From the IMG/VR virus record IMGVR_UViG_3300045988_109352: a stretch of DNA of 64,000 nucleotides. One strand, written 5' to 3'. Position 1 is the stretch's first letter. The number at the start of each line of letters is the position of its first letter. The notes under the pieces were generated by a model that did not search any database, was not told the origin of the DNA, and worked only from the letters and a program-made list of their open reading frames with translations. This document shows, piece after piece, positions 1-8,440 of this stretch. Origin of the DNA: a virus. The translations under genes and the position numbers were made by a program.

Positions 1-57
1 GACTTGATTATATCCAACTTGAATAATATCTCCAATTTTTAACTCCCTACGCTTCAT
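1..57 (-). CDS. partial CDS (N-terminus only, continues past left edge), hypothetical
   Basis: ATG at 57-55 on minus strand opens MKRRELKIGDIIQVGYNQV and runs off the window; only 19 codons visible. Confidence 0.3.
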   Translation of the reverse strand, partial: MKRRELKIGDIIQVGYNQV

Positions 58-80
58 AATACTCTTTATTTAATGTTATA

Positions 81-902
81 TCATTTGTATTTTTCGATTT
101 TCTCGTCCAACTCCTGCAATCTCTTAGCTATATAGGAAGAATTGGAATTTTCGCTCCTATAAGGGCTTTTATCCGATAAGAAAAAATCTTTCTGTTTGTC
201 GGATAAAGAATAAAATCCGTCCCAGCTATGGCAGATGGCTTCGTTAACAATGGCATTGGCAAGAATTGAATTGCCATCAGAATACTTTTCTAACTTGGAA
301 TACATCATCTTTGCACCTCGTTCCGTCTTGTACTGCTTCTTGATTTCGTCCTTGTAGTCAAGCCAAATGTTCCAAGAATCTTTCAGTTCCTCACTGACAT
401 AGGACAAGTCGGCACGGACATCAAATTTAACCTTATTACTCTTTTTAGAACATTTTTTAACGCCATCATTATATTCTAATAAGGGATTGACATTGGCATG
501 CTCTGCATTGTCTTCCGCTTTCTTAGATAATATGATAATATTATCTTCTTTAATTGTATTATTACTTGTATTAAGTATGTTGTCGTAAAGTGCAAGGCAG
601 GGTTGCTCTAAAGTGCAAGGCTGAATTGTTTTTAACTGCAAGGCTGATTTGACATACCTTCTTCTGCCATCAAATGCTGTTTTAATGACATATCCTTTTT
701 TAATCAATGATGAAAGGATTTTATTTGCTGTTGTTTCACTAACATTCAAAAGATTGGCAATATATTCATTGTTAATAAAACAGTCTTTATCCTTGGTAGT
801 AAAGCTGTCTATCTCCAACAACAATATACGTTCATTCCAAGAAAGATTTTTATCTTCCCAAATTTCAATTGGAATCCAAATTCCTTTAGTTTGTCTTTCC
901 AT
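81..902 (-). CDS. DNA-binding protein with N-terminal winged-helix/HTH (replication-organizer/DnaD-like class, tentative)
   Basis: 273-aa ORF. N-terminus GIWIPIEIWEDKNLSWNERILLLEIDSF...NEYIANLLNVSETTANKILSSLIKKGYV resembles the HTH module of phage/plasmid replication organizers. Own -7 box at 1008-1015. Confidence 0.45.
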   Translation of the reverse strand: MERQTKGIWIPIEIWEDKNLSWNERILLLEIDSFTTKDKDCFINNEYIANLLNVSETTANKILSSLIKKGYVIKTAFDGRRRYVKSALQLKTIQPCTLEQPCLALYDNILNTSNNTIKEDNIIILSKKAEDNAEHANVNPLLEYNDGVKKCSKKSNKVKFDVRADLSYVSEELKDSWNIWLDYKDEIKKQYKTERGAKMMYSKLEKYSDGNSILANAIVNEAICHSWDGFYSLSDKQKDFFLSDKSPYRSENSNSSYIAKRLQELDEKIEKYK

Positions 903-939
903 AACTTCAATGTTTAATGATATACCTTCTAAATGAAAT

Positions 940-1006
940 GGTGGCGAAGTCCGAAGGTATGGGAAAGAGACTTGTCAACTGGTAGCTACTCCAGCCTATC
1001 GCCACC
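940..1006 (-). promoter_or_regulatory. long hairpin / three-way structured leader immediately downstream of promoter box
   Basis: 8-bp closing stem GGTGGCGA (940-947) with TCGCCACC (999-1006) encloses two internal hairpins. Lies between the -7 box and the ATG at 902. Confidence 0.4.
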
Positions 1007-1007
1007 A

Positions 1008-1015
1008 CAAATATA
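1008..1015 (-). promoter_or_regulatory. Bacteroidota-type -7 promoter box (TATATTTG on minus strand)
   Basis: Exact TAnnTTTG match about 105 nt upstream of ATG 902. Confidence 0.5.
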
Positions 1016-1026
1016 AGAATGTTTTT

Positions 1027-1064
1027 CAATAAATACAAAAAGCACCGAGAAAACTCCCAGTGCT
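1027..1064 (-). terminator. intrinsic terminator (minus strand)
   Basis: Minus-strand 9-bp stem AGCACUGGG/CUCGGUGCU (1041-1064) followed by UUUUUGUAUUUAUU. Confidence 0.6.
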
Positions 1065-1189
1065 TTTAGATTTGCTATACACTGGCAGGCTGCACGATTG
1101 CAGGTAGAATGTGCCAATGTAAGCTATATGTTGAATTGCTATTGAATCCTAAATATCGTTTATCACCGAGCATTCTACCTCCCGATTGC
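1036..1189 (-). ncRNA. candidate ~150-nt small RNA (promoter-to-terminator unit without ORF)
   Basis: Bounded by promoter 1194-1228 and terminator 1027-1064. A 10-bp inverted repeat AGGTAGAATG (1102-1111) / CATTCTACCT (1171-1180) is flanked by direct CGATTGCA repeats. No ORF longer than 5 codons. Confidence 0.4.
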
Positions 1190-1193
1190 AATG

Positions 1194-1228
1194 CAAAGAA
1201 CGCTGTTATTTTTGAAAGTTCCAAAAAA
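1194..1228 (-). promoter_or_regulatory. phage promoter, class TTTTTTGGAAC-N-TTC / N12 / -7 box
   Basis: Minus strand TTTTTTGGAACTTTC (1214-1228), 12-nt gap, GTTCTTTG (1194-1201). Same architecture and spacing as 56953-56987 and 59953-59987. Confidence 0.5.
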
Positions 1229-1250
1229 CAAGTCAAACTATTAACAATTA

Positions 1251-1676
1251 TTAATCATCTATCTCAAATAGGTTCTTCTTTATCTGCCAATACTCTTTGA
1301 CTTCCGGCACGCTGATAACTCCCTTGTTGCTATTAATGTCGTACACTTGAAAGTACAGAATTGTCTTCTTGCTTTTGTTGGCATATACTTGCACGAAAAG
1401 TCCAGTAAACAACTCAAACTCACCTTGCATGAATTGTTCCGCTTTGAATGTGCCTTGTATCTTATGTCCGTCTTGGATTATAGTACAAGTCATATCCCGG
1501 TTGAACTTCATTCTAACCAAGTTTGGCGGTGTACTTACATTGTCGTTGTGGTCTTGTACATACTGTACAGTCCATGTACCATACAAATAGTTAAGCTGGC
1601 TCTTCCAATCTGTTTGCGCCTGCATACTTGCCATCAGTGAAAGCAAGCCAATCAATGTCATTACTAACTTCTTCAT
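1251..1676 (-). CDS. secreted protein with N-terminal signal peptide
   Basis: Internal start MKKLVMTLIGLLSLMASMQAQ is a signal-peptide-like N-terminus. ATGA overlap with the upstream stop; the longer ORF start at 1760 is rejected. Confidence 0.6.
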   Translation of the reverse strand: MKKLVMTLIGLLSLMASMQAQTDWKSQLNYLYGTWTVQYVQDHNDNVSTPPNLVRMKFNRDMTCTIIQDGHKIQGTFKAEQFMQGEFELFTGLFVQVYANKSKKTILYFQVYDINSNKGVISVPEVKEYWQIKKNLFEIDD

Positions 1677-1933
1677 TGTTTTATCAGTTTTTCGATTATT
1701 GTTCTTAGTTCCTTCTCCCAATCCTTGTTCCCGTGCATAGGATAACTTAGCTGATGCCAATTATGGTAGTCAAATAGCTTCATCCGGCATGGGTAGTAAT
1801 CAAACAGCTTCTTCTCATTGTGGAATACTCTGATATGCTTTCCCTCATACTCTCCGATATTACTCGATTTAAGTTTATAGGCTGCCAAAATTTCGTTGAA
1901 CTTCTCCATTGGAGTAAATATACTCTTCGCCAT
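1673..1933 (-). CDS. hypothetical protein
   Basis: 86-aa ORF in tightly packed co-directional block, translationally coupled to the next gene. Confidence 0.6.
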   Translation of the reverse strand: MAKSIFTPMEKFNEILAAYKLKSSNIGEYEGKHIRVFHNEKKLFDYYPCRMKLFDYHNWHQLSYPMHGNKDWEKELRTIIEKLIKQ

Positions 1934-1936
1934 AAT

Positions 1937-2245
1937 TCAGTCCTCCTTTTCGGGAGTATAACCTCCCATGAGTCTATAGTTAGGTATCAGCTTGTCGATG
2001 CTCTTAATCTCAAATCGTGTATAAGTCACACAATTCGGATATATCTTACAAAGTCCGTTGATTATATACTTGTCATTGAAGTACATTTCAAGCTTCATGT
2101 GTACCTCGGATGCGGAATATTGCCTTTTGTCAATAAAGAATATCCCGTCTATTTCACTTGAAAATCCTCTGTTTGTAACTCTGAACAAGTCGCGAAGTTC
2201 TTGTATCACGTCTTGTATGCTAATCGGTTGTTTTTCCATTTTCAA
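1937..2245 (-). CDS. hypothetical protein
   Basis: 102-aa ORF, 3-nt gap to downstream gene. Confidence 0.6.
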   Translation of the reverse strand: MKMEKQPISIQDVIQELRDLFRVTNRGFSSEIDGIFFIDKRQYSASEVHMKLEMYFNDKYIINGLCKIYPNCVTYTRFEIKSIDKLIPNYRLMGGYTPEKED

Positions 2246-2246
2246 A

Positions 2247-2381
2247 TCAAATATTTATTATTGCTACTGTTAATGCTATGAAGATTATTGCTATTATTGC
2301 AGCACTTGTCAAGCATCCTTTTTCGTATTCATCCTCATTTTGAGGAGTATTTTCATTATACCAATCCAATATATGTTTCAT
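2247..2381 (-). CDS. small tail-anchored membrane protein (44 aa)
   Basis: Hand-translated MKHILDWYNENTPQNEDEYEKGCLTSAAIIAIIFIALTVAIINI. Fills the gap between two genes and has a C-terminal TM helix. Confidence 0.35.
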   Translation of the reverse strand: MKHILDWYNENTPQNEDEYEKGCLTSAAIIAIIFIALTVAIINI

Positions 2382-2399
2382 ACCTCAACTTTTACATAG

Positions 2400-2702
2400 C
2401 TATTCTCCTTTCAGCTTTTTAACCAATACATCAGCCATACTTACGCTCATGTCAGCTATGGCTATTATTGATTTGTTCTCATATTGTGGATTATTTAAAA
2501 GTGTTTGCATTGTTGCTATTGCAGCATTTATCCTAACCTCTTCCCAATCCCGTTCTTTTGCTTCTTCCTTCACTTCATCAAGAAGAATAAGTTCACCACC
2601 TAAGAAGGACTGACTGCCATCCTCTGTTACGTAAATGTTGGTATATTCCTCAGCCTTTATTACGTCAATTGTTTCTTTGGTTGCTATTAATATTGCTTTC
2701 AT
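2400..2702 (-). CDS. hypothetical protein
   Basis: 100-aa acidic ORF in block. Confidence 0.6.
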   Translation of the reverse strand: MKAILIATKETIDVIKAEEYTNIYVTEDGSQSFLGGELILLDEVKEEAKERDWEEVRINAAIATMQTLLNNPQYENKSIIAIADMSVSMADVLVKKLKGE

Positions 2703-2719
2703 CTCTTTATAGTTTTAGT

Positions 2720-3304
2720 TTACAATTCACTGCCTGCTATTACTGTTTCATTTGACAAGTCAGCCCGTTCTATTACTGATACAATTTTAGAATCTCTATA
2801 GGAACGAAAATGACTTTTTACTACACGATACCTTAATTTGACCCTATCCCCAACTTTTGGTGCAGTTGTCATATTGAAAGCACCGCTTATCATTTCAAAA
2901 CCATGCCATTTATTCAGATACGAAAAATTTTCATTTGCCGCCAGTTCTTCGGAATCTATTTTAAATTTCCAATAGGCAAACCTATTATATCGCTTCATAA
3001 CCTCAACTACAGTACCTTCCCAATAATAATATTTCGGCTTTTCTCTAATCGCTTTCATACGCGCGATATTTACCCTTCTTTTTAGTTCAGCTTTAAGTTG
3101 TTCATTGGAGTAGTCGGAAAGCCCTAATTCGTCTTGCATGGAATGGATTACAACGTCTACTATAGCATCCTTCCTATTGGCAAATACAGAAAGTAGTTTT
3201 TCCCTTACTTCTTCTTTACTCTCAAAGACAATTTCGTCTATTTGCATCTTTACATTAAAGACGTTACCCTTTTGTGTTATTAGGGCAATTTGAAGTATTC
3301 TCAT
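2720..3304 (-). CDS. hypothetical protein
   Basis: 194-aa ORF in block. Confidence 0.65.
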   Translation of the reverse strand: MRILQIALITQKGNVFNVKMQIDEIVFESKEEVREKLLSVFANRKDAIVDVVIHSMQDELGLSDYSNEQLKAELKRRVNIARMKAIREKPKYYYWEGTVVEVMKRYNRFAYWKFKIDSEELAANENFSYLNKWHGFEMISGAFNMTTAPKVGDRVKLRYRVVKSHFRSYRDSKIVSVIERADLSNETVIAGSEL

Positions 3305-3315
3305 ATTATTTTAGT

Positions 3316-4131
3316 TTATAGGTTATTATATTCTTTGTATTTAGAAATTGAATTGAACGTAGCTTGTACGCGGCTACTAATATACTGATAAAAATTAGCA
3401 TTCGTAAAGTCAATGCCGATAAACAATTTGTTGTTGTTTCTATTGGCTTCCTGCATGAGTTCCTTTATTTCCGCTTTGTGACACTGGGTGAGAACAAAAC
3501 TTGTACGGTATTTAGTCCAATTCAAAAAGAACAGTTCTTCATCTGTAGAATTTTCATTCAGCATAGGTATTACTTTTCGTAGTATTCTACAAAAACAAGC
3601 GAACTCAGCACTTTCTACTACTTTTCTGTTTCGCGTTCTTGCACTTGCTCTACTTGCTTGCTTCTTACTTTCTTCGTCAATTCGATAATTGCTATTAGCT
3701 GTGCCGGATAATATGCCGCGTGCCTTGTTTGCTGCTAACGCATCTTTTGTACGTTTGCTAATTAGTTCGCGTTCGTATTGTGCAACGGATGCAAAGATAC
3801 CTAATACCATAGTATTTACTACTGGAAGGTCACAAAAATATATATCTATGCCCGTATTTACTACATGAAAAACAAACTCAGCATCTCTTGAAAGCCTATC
3901 CAATTTAGCCACTACAAGGGTGCAACTATTAGCTTTGCAATACTCTATAGCTTTCCACAACTCCACACGGGAACAGTCTTTTCCCGAAGCCACATCTACA
4001 AACTTACCACAAATAATTCCACCTTTGCTATTAATATAGTCTATACAAGTCTTTTCTTGGGCTGACAACCCTAAACCGCTATCACCTTGTTTATTCGTTG
4101 ATACACGAAGGTAGTAAACATATTTATCCAT
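3316..4131 (-). CDS. serine recombinase (resolvase/invertase catalytic domain) with atypical ~130-aa C-terminal region
   Basis: N-terminus YVYYLRVSTNKQ (catalytic Ser), LVVAKLDRLSRD, FASVAQYERELISKRTKDAL are the canonical small-serine-recombinase motifs. The C-terminus has no obvious short HTH. Confidence 0.8.
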   Translation of the reverse strand: MDKYVYYLRVSTNKQGDSGLGLSAQEKTCIDYINSKGGIICGKFVDVASGKDCSRVELWKAIEYCKANSCTLVVAKLDRLSRDAEFVFHVVNTGIDIYFCDLPVVNTMVLGIFASVAQYERELISKRTKDALAANKARGILSGTANSNYRIDEESKKQASRASARTRNRKVVESAEFACFCRILRKVIPMLNENSTDEELFFLNWTKYRTSFVLTQCHKAEIKELMQEANRNNNKLFIGIDFTNANFYQYISSRVQATFNSISKYKEYNNL

Positions 4132-4138
4132 CTTATTA

Positions 4139-4285
4139 CTAACTGATTATTATTATTACAGACAAAGCTATTCCGGCTATAAGCCAACTGATAACATCAC
4201 TACTATATTTGAAGTTAGGACGTAGTATGATGGCAAATAAAGCCACAATATCCCACACCAATAGTAGAAGCATGAACTTTCCCAT
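4139..4285 (-). CDS. small membrane protein (48 aa)
   Basis: Hand-translated MGKFMLLLLVWDIVALFAIILRPNFKYSSDVISWLIAGIALSVIIIIS, two hydrophobic helices. Confidence 0.35.
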   Translation of the reverse strand: MGKFMLLLLVWDIVALFAIILRPNFKYSSDVISWLIAGIALSVIIIIS

Positions 4286-4375
4286 TATCTGCCTAATTTA
4301 ATGAGTTCTCCAGACAACAAACAGCCAATAAATCCGATAATTATTATTAATGCCATAGTTTTTAATATTTAGAAG

Positions 4376-4837
4376 TTATACAAATTGTTTTTCTATGTAA
4401 ACACACCCTATTCCCTTGCTCTTGTTAAACTGGCTGTTTTTAAGGTCAATATTAGGCTTTATAAAGTCTTTTATGTTATCCACTAAAGAAATATATTTAG
4501 ATGCGTTCGCCTCTATTGCAAGGGCTTTATACATTTCTTCGCACATAGCCATATACTTTTTAAATTCTCCTTTGTTGAAGCGGACAACTATTTTTCCGTG
4601 TGTTTCAATAAATTTGTTGTGCCCTACATAAAACTTTCTTTCATCATTGCAATGCACCAATTTATCACCTACGTATAGATACGTTCTTTGTCCCATGCTG
4701 TACTTACTATCTACTGATATGCTATTAAAGTAAACCGCTTGTTTCTTTGGAATGCCTACAGACACAATGTTTTCCAGTAGTTCCATGTTTGCTTTTGCCT
4801 TCTCAAAGTCTTCTTCAAAATTTTTATAAGTTTTCAT
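4376..4837 (-). CDS. hypothetical protein
   Basis: 153-aa ORF. Confidence 0.65.
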   Translation of the reverse strand: MKTYKNFEEDFEKAKANMELLENIVSVGIPKKQAVYFNSISVDSKYSMGQRTYLYVGDKLVHCNDERKFYVGHNKFIETHGKIVVRFNKGEFKKYMAMCEEMYKALAIEANASKYISLVDNIKDFIKPNIDLKNSQFNKSKGIGCVYIEKQFV

Positions 4838-4844
4838 ACACTAC

Positions 4845-4879
4845 TTTATTGTTATATTATATATATTATATATATTATA
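4845..4879. repeat. AT-only tandem repeat (ATATTATAT x ~4)
   Basis: Read directly in the intergenic gap upstream of ATG 4837. Confidence 0.7.
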
Positions 4880-4908
4880 TATATTACCAAAACAGTTATA
4901 ACTTTTTG

Positions 4909-5109
4909 TTATAATGGAAGCTTATGCTCTGATAATATATACGGGTGCTTTAAATTAGTAATACCATGATACAATATTTCGCGCTTTGTTTCTGCCTTAT
5001 AAATAAACAGATTTCCGTTTCTCATTGCCTTCATTGTATCATTGATATTCAACCCTTGCAGGCTTATAAACTCTTTTAGTTCGGGCTTAAATTTCGTTAT
5101 TAACTTCAT
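4909..5109 (-). CDS. hypothetical protein
   Basis: 66-aa ORF. Confidence 0.5.
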   Translation of the reverse strand: MKLITKFKPELKEFISLQGLNINDTMKAMRNGNLFIYKAETKREILYHGITNLKHPYILSEHKLPL

Positions 5110-5113
5110 GCTA

Positions 5114-5323
5114 TTACCTAAAAACGTAGTTACACAAATTAGATAACCAACACATTAACTGAATAGCCATCATAAAAATGAACATTCCACACAAAGCGGC
5201 TGTAGCTATTACAATTCGTTGCCATATAATGCGATAATCACGCTTTAATATTTTACCGCTAACAAAGCGTCCGTTATAAAAATCTGTTATACTCATAGTT
5301 CTATTATTATTATTTGAATTCAA
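5114..5323 (-). CDS. small membrane protein
   Basis: 69 aa with one hydrophobic helix (VIATAALCGMFIFMMAIQLMCWL). Confidence 0.55.
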   Translation of the reverse strand: MNSNNNNRTMSITDFYNGRFVSGKILKRDYRIIWQRIVIATAALCGMFIFMMAIQLMCWLSNLCNYVFR

Positions 5324-6197
5324 ATTTAATTCCTTCCGGCAATAGAGAATAGTCTATATTTTTAAGCATGTTATTATATTCTTCTTCTGTTACTTTGTCG
5401 TGATATCTATAATAATTGAAAACTACATTATTATCTTCAACAGAGTAAAGATAATTATCTGATAATAAGCCAGCCCCTAATATAGCTAATTTTACATCTT
5501 TTTCTTTTGTTGCTTTGTTTGTTCTTTTTTCAAAGGTTTTAATCACTTCGTTTTTTCTTTTCTCTATTTTGGCGATTCTTTCAGCTTCTTTACGTTCTTG
5601 TATCGCACTTTCCGTATAATATCCAGATAATATTTTCCCCTCCATTTCTTCGCGTTCTTCATCGCTTAAAACAAATCTATGGCGTTCTTCGCTTTCCTTA
5701 TATGGATTAATCCAAACATCACCCGTTAATTCTTCCAGTACTTGTATAGCTTTCTTGCTTTCTGCTTGCCATCTTTCCACAATACCAAGTGCAAACAATT
5801 GATATTTAAAATATTGTTTGTTGTCACATTTTGACAAAATTTCCATTTCTTCATCAGTTACGCGCAAATATTCCTTTGCTTGCTTTTTATCTTTTTGTAA
5901 AAAGTAATATCCATTTTCAACTGGATATAATGGTGTACCACGCCAATCGCATAGATGAAGGTCTACAAACATTTTCAACTTTGGAGAAGCTTTTAATATT
6001 TCCTCATGGATGCAACCGTGCCCAATATCGTAAAAACGTCCGTTTCCTTTCTTTTGCTGGAGTATGCCCGTTATACTCCATGAACACGTACCGTTCTTAC
6101 ATTCATCATGCAATTTAATGGTTGTTATTACTTTATAGGTGATACCTTTTTCACGGAAAGATTTTACTACTGTATATTTTAATGTATTCGTTTCCAT
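5310..6197 (-). CDS. hypothetical protein
   Basis: 295-aa ORF, Cys/His-rich N-terminal half and charged coiled C-terminal half. Confidence 0.7.
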   Translation of the reverse strand: METNTLKYTVVKSFREKGITYKVITTIKLHDECKNGTCSWSITGILQQKKGNGRFYDIGHGCIHEEILKASPKLKMFVDLHLCDWRGTPLYPVENGYYFLQKDKKQAKEYLRVTDEEMEILSKCDNKQYFKYQLFALGIVERWQAESKKAIQVLEELTGDVWINPYKESEERHRFVLSDEEREEMEGKILSGYYTESAIQERKEAERIAKIEKRKNEVIKTFEKRTNKATKEKDVKLAILGAGLLSDNYLYSVEDNNVVFNYYRYHDKVTEEEYNNMLKNIDYSLLPEGIKFEFK

Positions 6198-6198
6198 A

Positions 6199-6480
6199 TT
6201 ATTGTATTTTAATGTTTAAAATTGTGTTACGGTCTGTTTTTACTCTTTTGTTATTTCCCCAAAAGTTAAAAGCTAATTTATGAAGCATATTGTAAGTTAA
6301 ATAATTAGTTCCTACTGTAATAGGTTTAGCACAACACGAATATGTGTGCCCACTATTGATATATTGCTTTACAACTTCCTTCATGCTTATAAATTCCTTT
6401 TCTGAACAAATAACATTTATAGTTTGACTATATGTATTTGTATAATTATATTTTCTTAAATAGTTTACTTTCGTTTTCAT
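6199..6480 (-). CDS. hypothetical protein
   Basis: 93-aa ORF, 1-nt gap to the next gene. Confidence 0.55.
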   Translation of the reverse strand: MKTKVNYLRKYNYTNTYSQTINVICSEKEFISMKEVVKQYINSGHTYSCCAKPITVGTNYLTYNMLHKLAFNFWGNNKRVKTDRNTILNIKIQ

Positions 6481-6580
6481 ATCATTTTGCCATTTTAGTT
6501 ATACACTGAAAAAATACACTTTATTTTGATATGCCCTACAAATAAGTAGAGCACATCTATTAATCCGTTTTCGTGTCATA

Positions 6581-6985
6581 TTATCCAATTATTTGAATGC
6601 CTTCACTATTTACATAATACTCCATACCACATAAAGAATATATGGGAATATAATAATCGCGTAATATATTACCGTTATTATAGAAGCCTACAAACTGAAA
6701 GCGTTCACCCTTGTAATTATCAAGTATATTCATTTCCCGATAACCGAACGGATTGTTTTTTCGTTCCTTTCCCGTGGGTGTCTTATACAAGTTCATGAGC
6801 CACTTATACCCCTTCGCGCTTTGTTCCTCTGTTACTTCTATTTCGATATCACAACCGGGATAAAAGTTTGCAGCTTCATTATCACCATTATTCGCACGCT
6901 TTTTCAAAAGTAATACTTCGCGTTCTGTTATTACTCCATTTGACAATACGTTCTCTATTATCTGACTTGTTTCTAACTTTTTCAT
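6581..6985 (-). CDS. hypothetical protein
   Basis: 134-aa ORF. Confidence 0.65.
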   Translation of the reverse strand: MKKLETSQIIENVLSNGVITEREVLLLKKRANNGDNEAANFYPGCDIEIEVTEEQSAKGYKWLMNLYKTPTGKERKNNPFGYREMNILDNYKGERFQFVGFYNNGNILRDYYIPIYSLCGMEYYVNSEGIQIIG

Positions 6986-7146
6986 ATCATTTTAATTTTT
7001 AATTATTTACTTTTAAGTTCTACTATTTCGGTTAACTTTTCATTCGTATTTAGGTAGCATCTAATTTCTTCAACAAATTATATTATTTATTTGTTATGCT
7101 TACTATAAATATAGTAATTAAAAAAGTGATTAAAATTATCATAGCT

Positions 7147-7356
7147 TTACTTTATTTCTGATGGATATAAGAAGGTTAAACACTCATACATATTTCCTTT
7201 TCTCATTTCTCCATCATTATTGAAAACCTCCCAAACATCCGGTACATCTAAATTAGGAAAGCGCATTATCTTTCCCTGTTCGGTTGTTATCACTTCCGCT
7301 TGCAGTAATTCTTCTTTGAAAATTTCATCTAATTGCTTATTGATATCTAAAATCAT
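7147..7356 (-). CDS. hypothetical protein
   Basis: 69-aa ORF. Confidence 0.5.
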   Translation of the reverse strand: MILDINKQLDEIFKEELLQAEVITTEQGKIMRFPNLDVPDVWEVFNNDGEMRKGNMYECLTFLYPSEIK

Positions 7357-7376
7357 ATCTTTGTCCTCCCGTGACT

Positions 7377-7592
7377 TTAATATTTAACAGTTCTACCATA
7401 ACTAACTTTTCCGTTCTTATTTACTCTGATAGCGGTTAAAGAATGCACTTCGCCATCTTTCCAGCCAACTATACAAGTGCCTGTTAGTTCCTTAATACAT
7501 TCCTTTGGCGTATAAGCCAACCATATATGTTTCTTTGCTTCTTGCAACGTTAAAAACATTTCGTTGCATCCATCTATAGTATAAGTTCCCAT
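7377..7592 (-). CDS. hypothetical protein
   Basis: 71-aa ORF. Confidence 0.55.
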   Translation of the reverse strand: MGTYTIDGCNEMFLTLQEAKKHIWLAYTPKECIKELTGTCIVGWKDGEVHSLTAIRVNKNGKVSYGRTVKY

Positions 7593-7595
7593 AGT

Positions 7596-7964
7596 TTACT
7601 CCTCCGTTTCGTTTTCTATTTCTATTTCGTCCAATACCCCCGAAATTGCCTGCCCAAGAAGATAACAACGTATTGTAACGTCGCAAGCCTCTGCACCTTT
7701 TTCAAGGTAGGATAAATCACAGCCAAATTCAGTTAGTGCTTCTGTTAACAATTCAAAGTTGTGGCAAAGATTTTCTTCTGCTTGCCACGCTGAAAATGTG
7801 TATGAGCCAGAAGCGTTTCCCGTTACGCTATCATTTACAAACAACGTATCGTTCAATTCTTGCTCCACTTCTTCTCGGTTGCTGCTTGTTACTACGATTT
7901 TATTTTCTTCAATGTAGTTTCTAACGTCTTCTTTCACGTTCTCCAGGTAATCGTAAGTTTTCAT
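7596..7964 (-). CDS. strongly acidic small protein (function unknown)
   Basis: 122 aa, about 30 D/E versus about 8 K/R, ends LDEIEIENETEE. Confidence 0.65.
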   Translation of the reverse strand: MKTYDYLENVKEDVRNYIEENKIVVTSSNREEVEQELNDTLFVNDSVTGNASGSYTFSAWQAEENLCHNFELLTEALTEFGCDLSYLEKGAEACDVTIRCYLLGQAISGVLDEIEIENETEE

Positions 7965-7977
7965 ATCATTGCATTTT

Positions 7978-8316
7978 TTAATTATTAATATTTAATCCGT
8001 TAAACACTGATTTATATTTTGTTTCAATACAAGCTGTATGCCCTTGATAAGAGCCGTTTGCACTTATCTCGATATAACAATACTGCAAACCGTCGCTCTT
8101 ATCTGTGAATTCCTTATATTCCAGTTCATAAGGCGGCAAACCTTTTTTAATACGTTTGTTATTGTGTTTATCTAACCATTTCCGGGCGTTCATTGCAGAC
8201 TGCCAGCATGTAAGTTGCCTTTCATATTCCCAATAGTTTTCATTTGAAAAATAGATAGTTTTGTTTAACAGCTTATTTACACATGTCAAACCTACTATAT
8301 ACTCCTTGTTATCCAT
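7978..8316 (-). CDS. hypothetical protein
   Basis: 112-aa ORF. Confidence 0.65.
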   Translation of the reverse strand: MDNKEYIVGLTCVNKLLNKTIYFSNENYWEYERQLTCWQSAMNARKWLDKHNNKRIKKGLPPYELEYKEFTDKSDGLQYCYIEISANGSYQGHTACIETKYKSVFNGLNINN

Positions 8317-8440
8317 CTCTCCTTTGATTATTGCAAGTGCGTCCGCAATCTGAACAACTGTAGGCTATTCCGTTTTCAACTCCCTGCATACACATGCTGA
8401 TAAGCTTGTATTCTTGTTTTGGTAAATTCCCTTGTTTCAT
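8309..8440 (-). CDS. small Cys-containing protein (43 aa)
   Basis: Hand-translated MKQGNLPKQEYKLISMCMQGVENGIAYSCSDCGRTCNNQRRDG. Its stop overlaps the ATG of 7978-8316 (ATGGATAA coupling). Confidence 0.4.
   Translation of the reverse strand: MKQGNLPKQEYKLISMCMQGVENGIAYSCSDCGRTCNNQRRDG

Noticed and set aside
940-1006. tRNA-like element (8-bp acceptor-like stem, ...CGCCACCA end)
   Set aside because: On neither strand could I find a D-arm, a T-arm (GTTCRANYC) or a 7-nt anticodon loop at the right spacing. It is not a tRNA.
7492-7686. 64-aa ORF overlapping the 7377-7592 and 7596-7964 genes
   Set aside because: It straddles two better-supported co-directional genes in another frame. Its Arg/Asn-rich translation looks off-frame.
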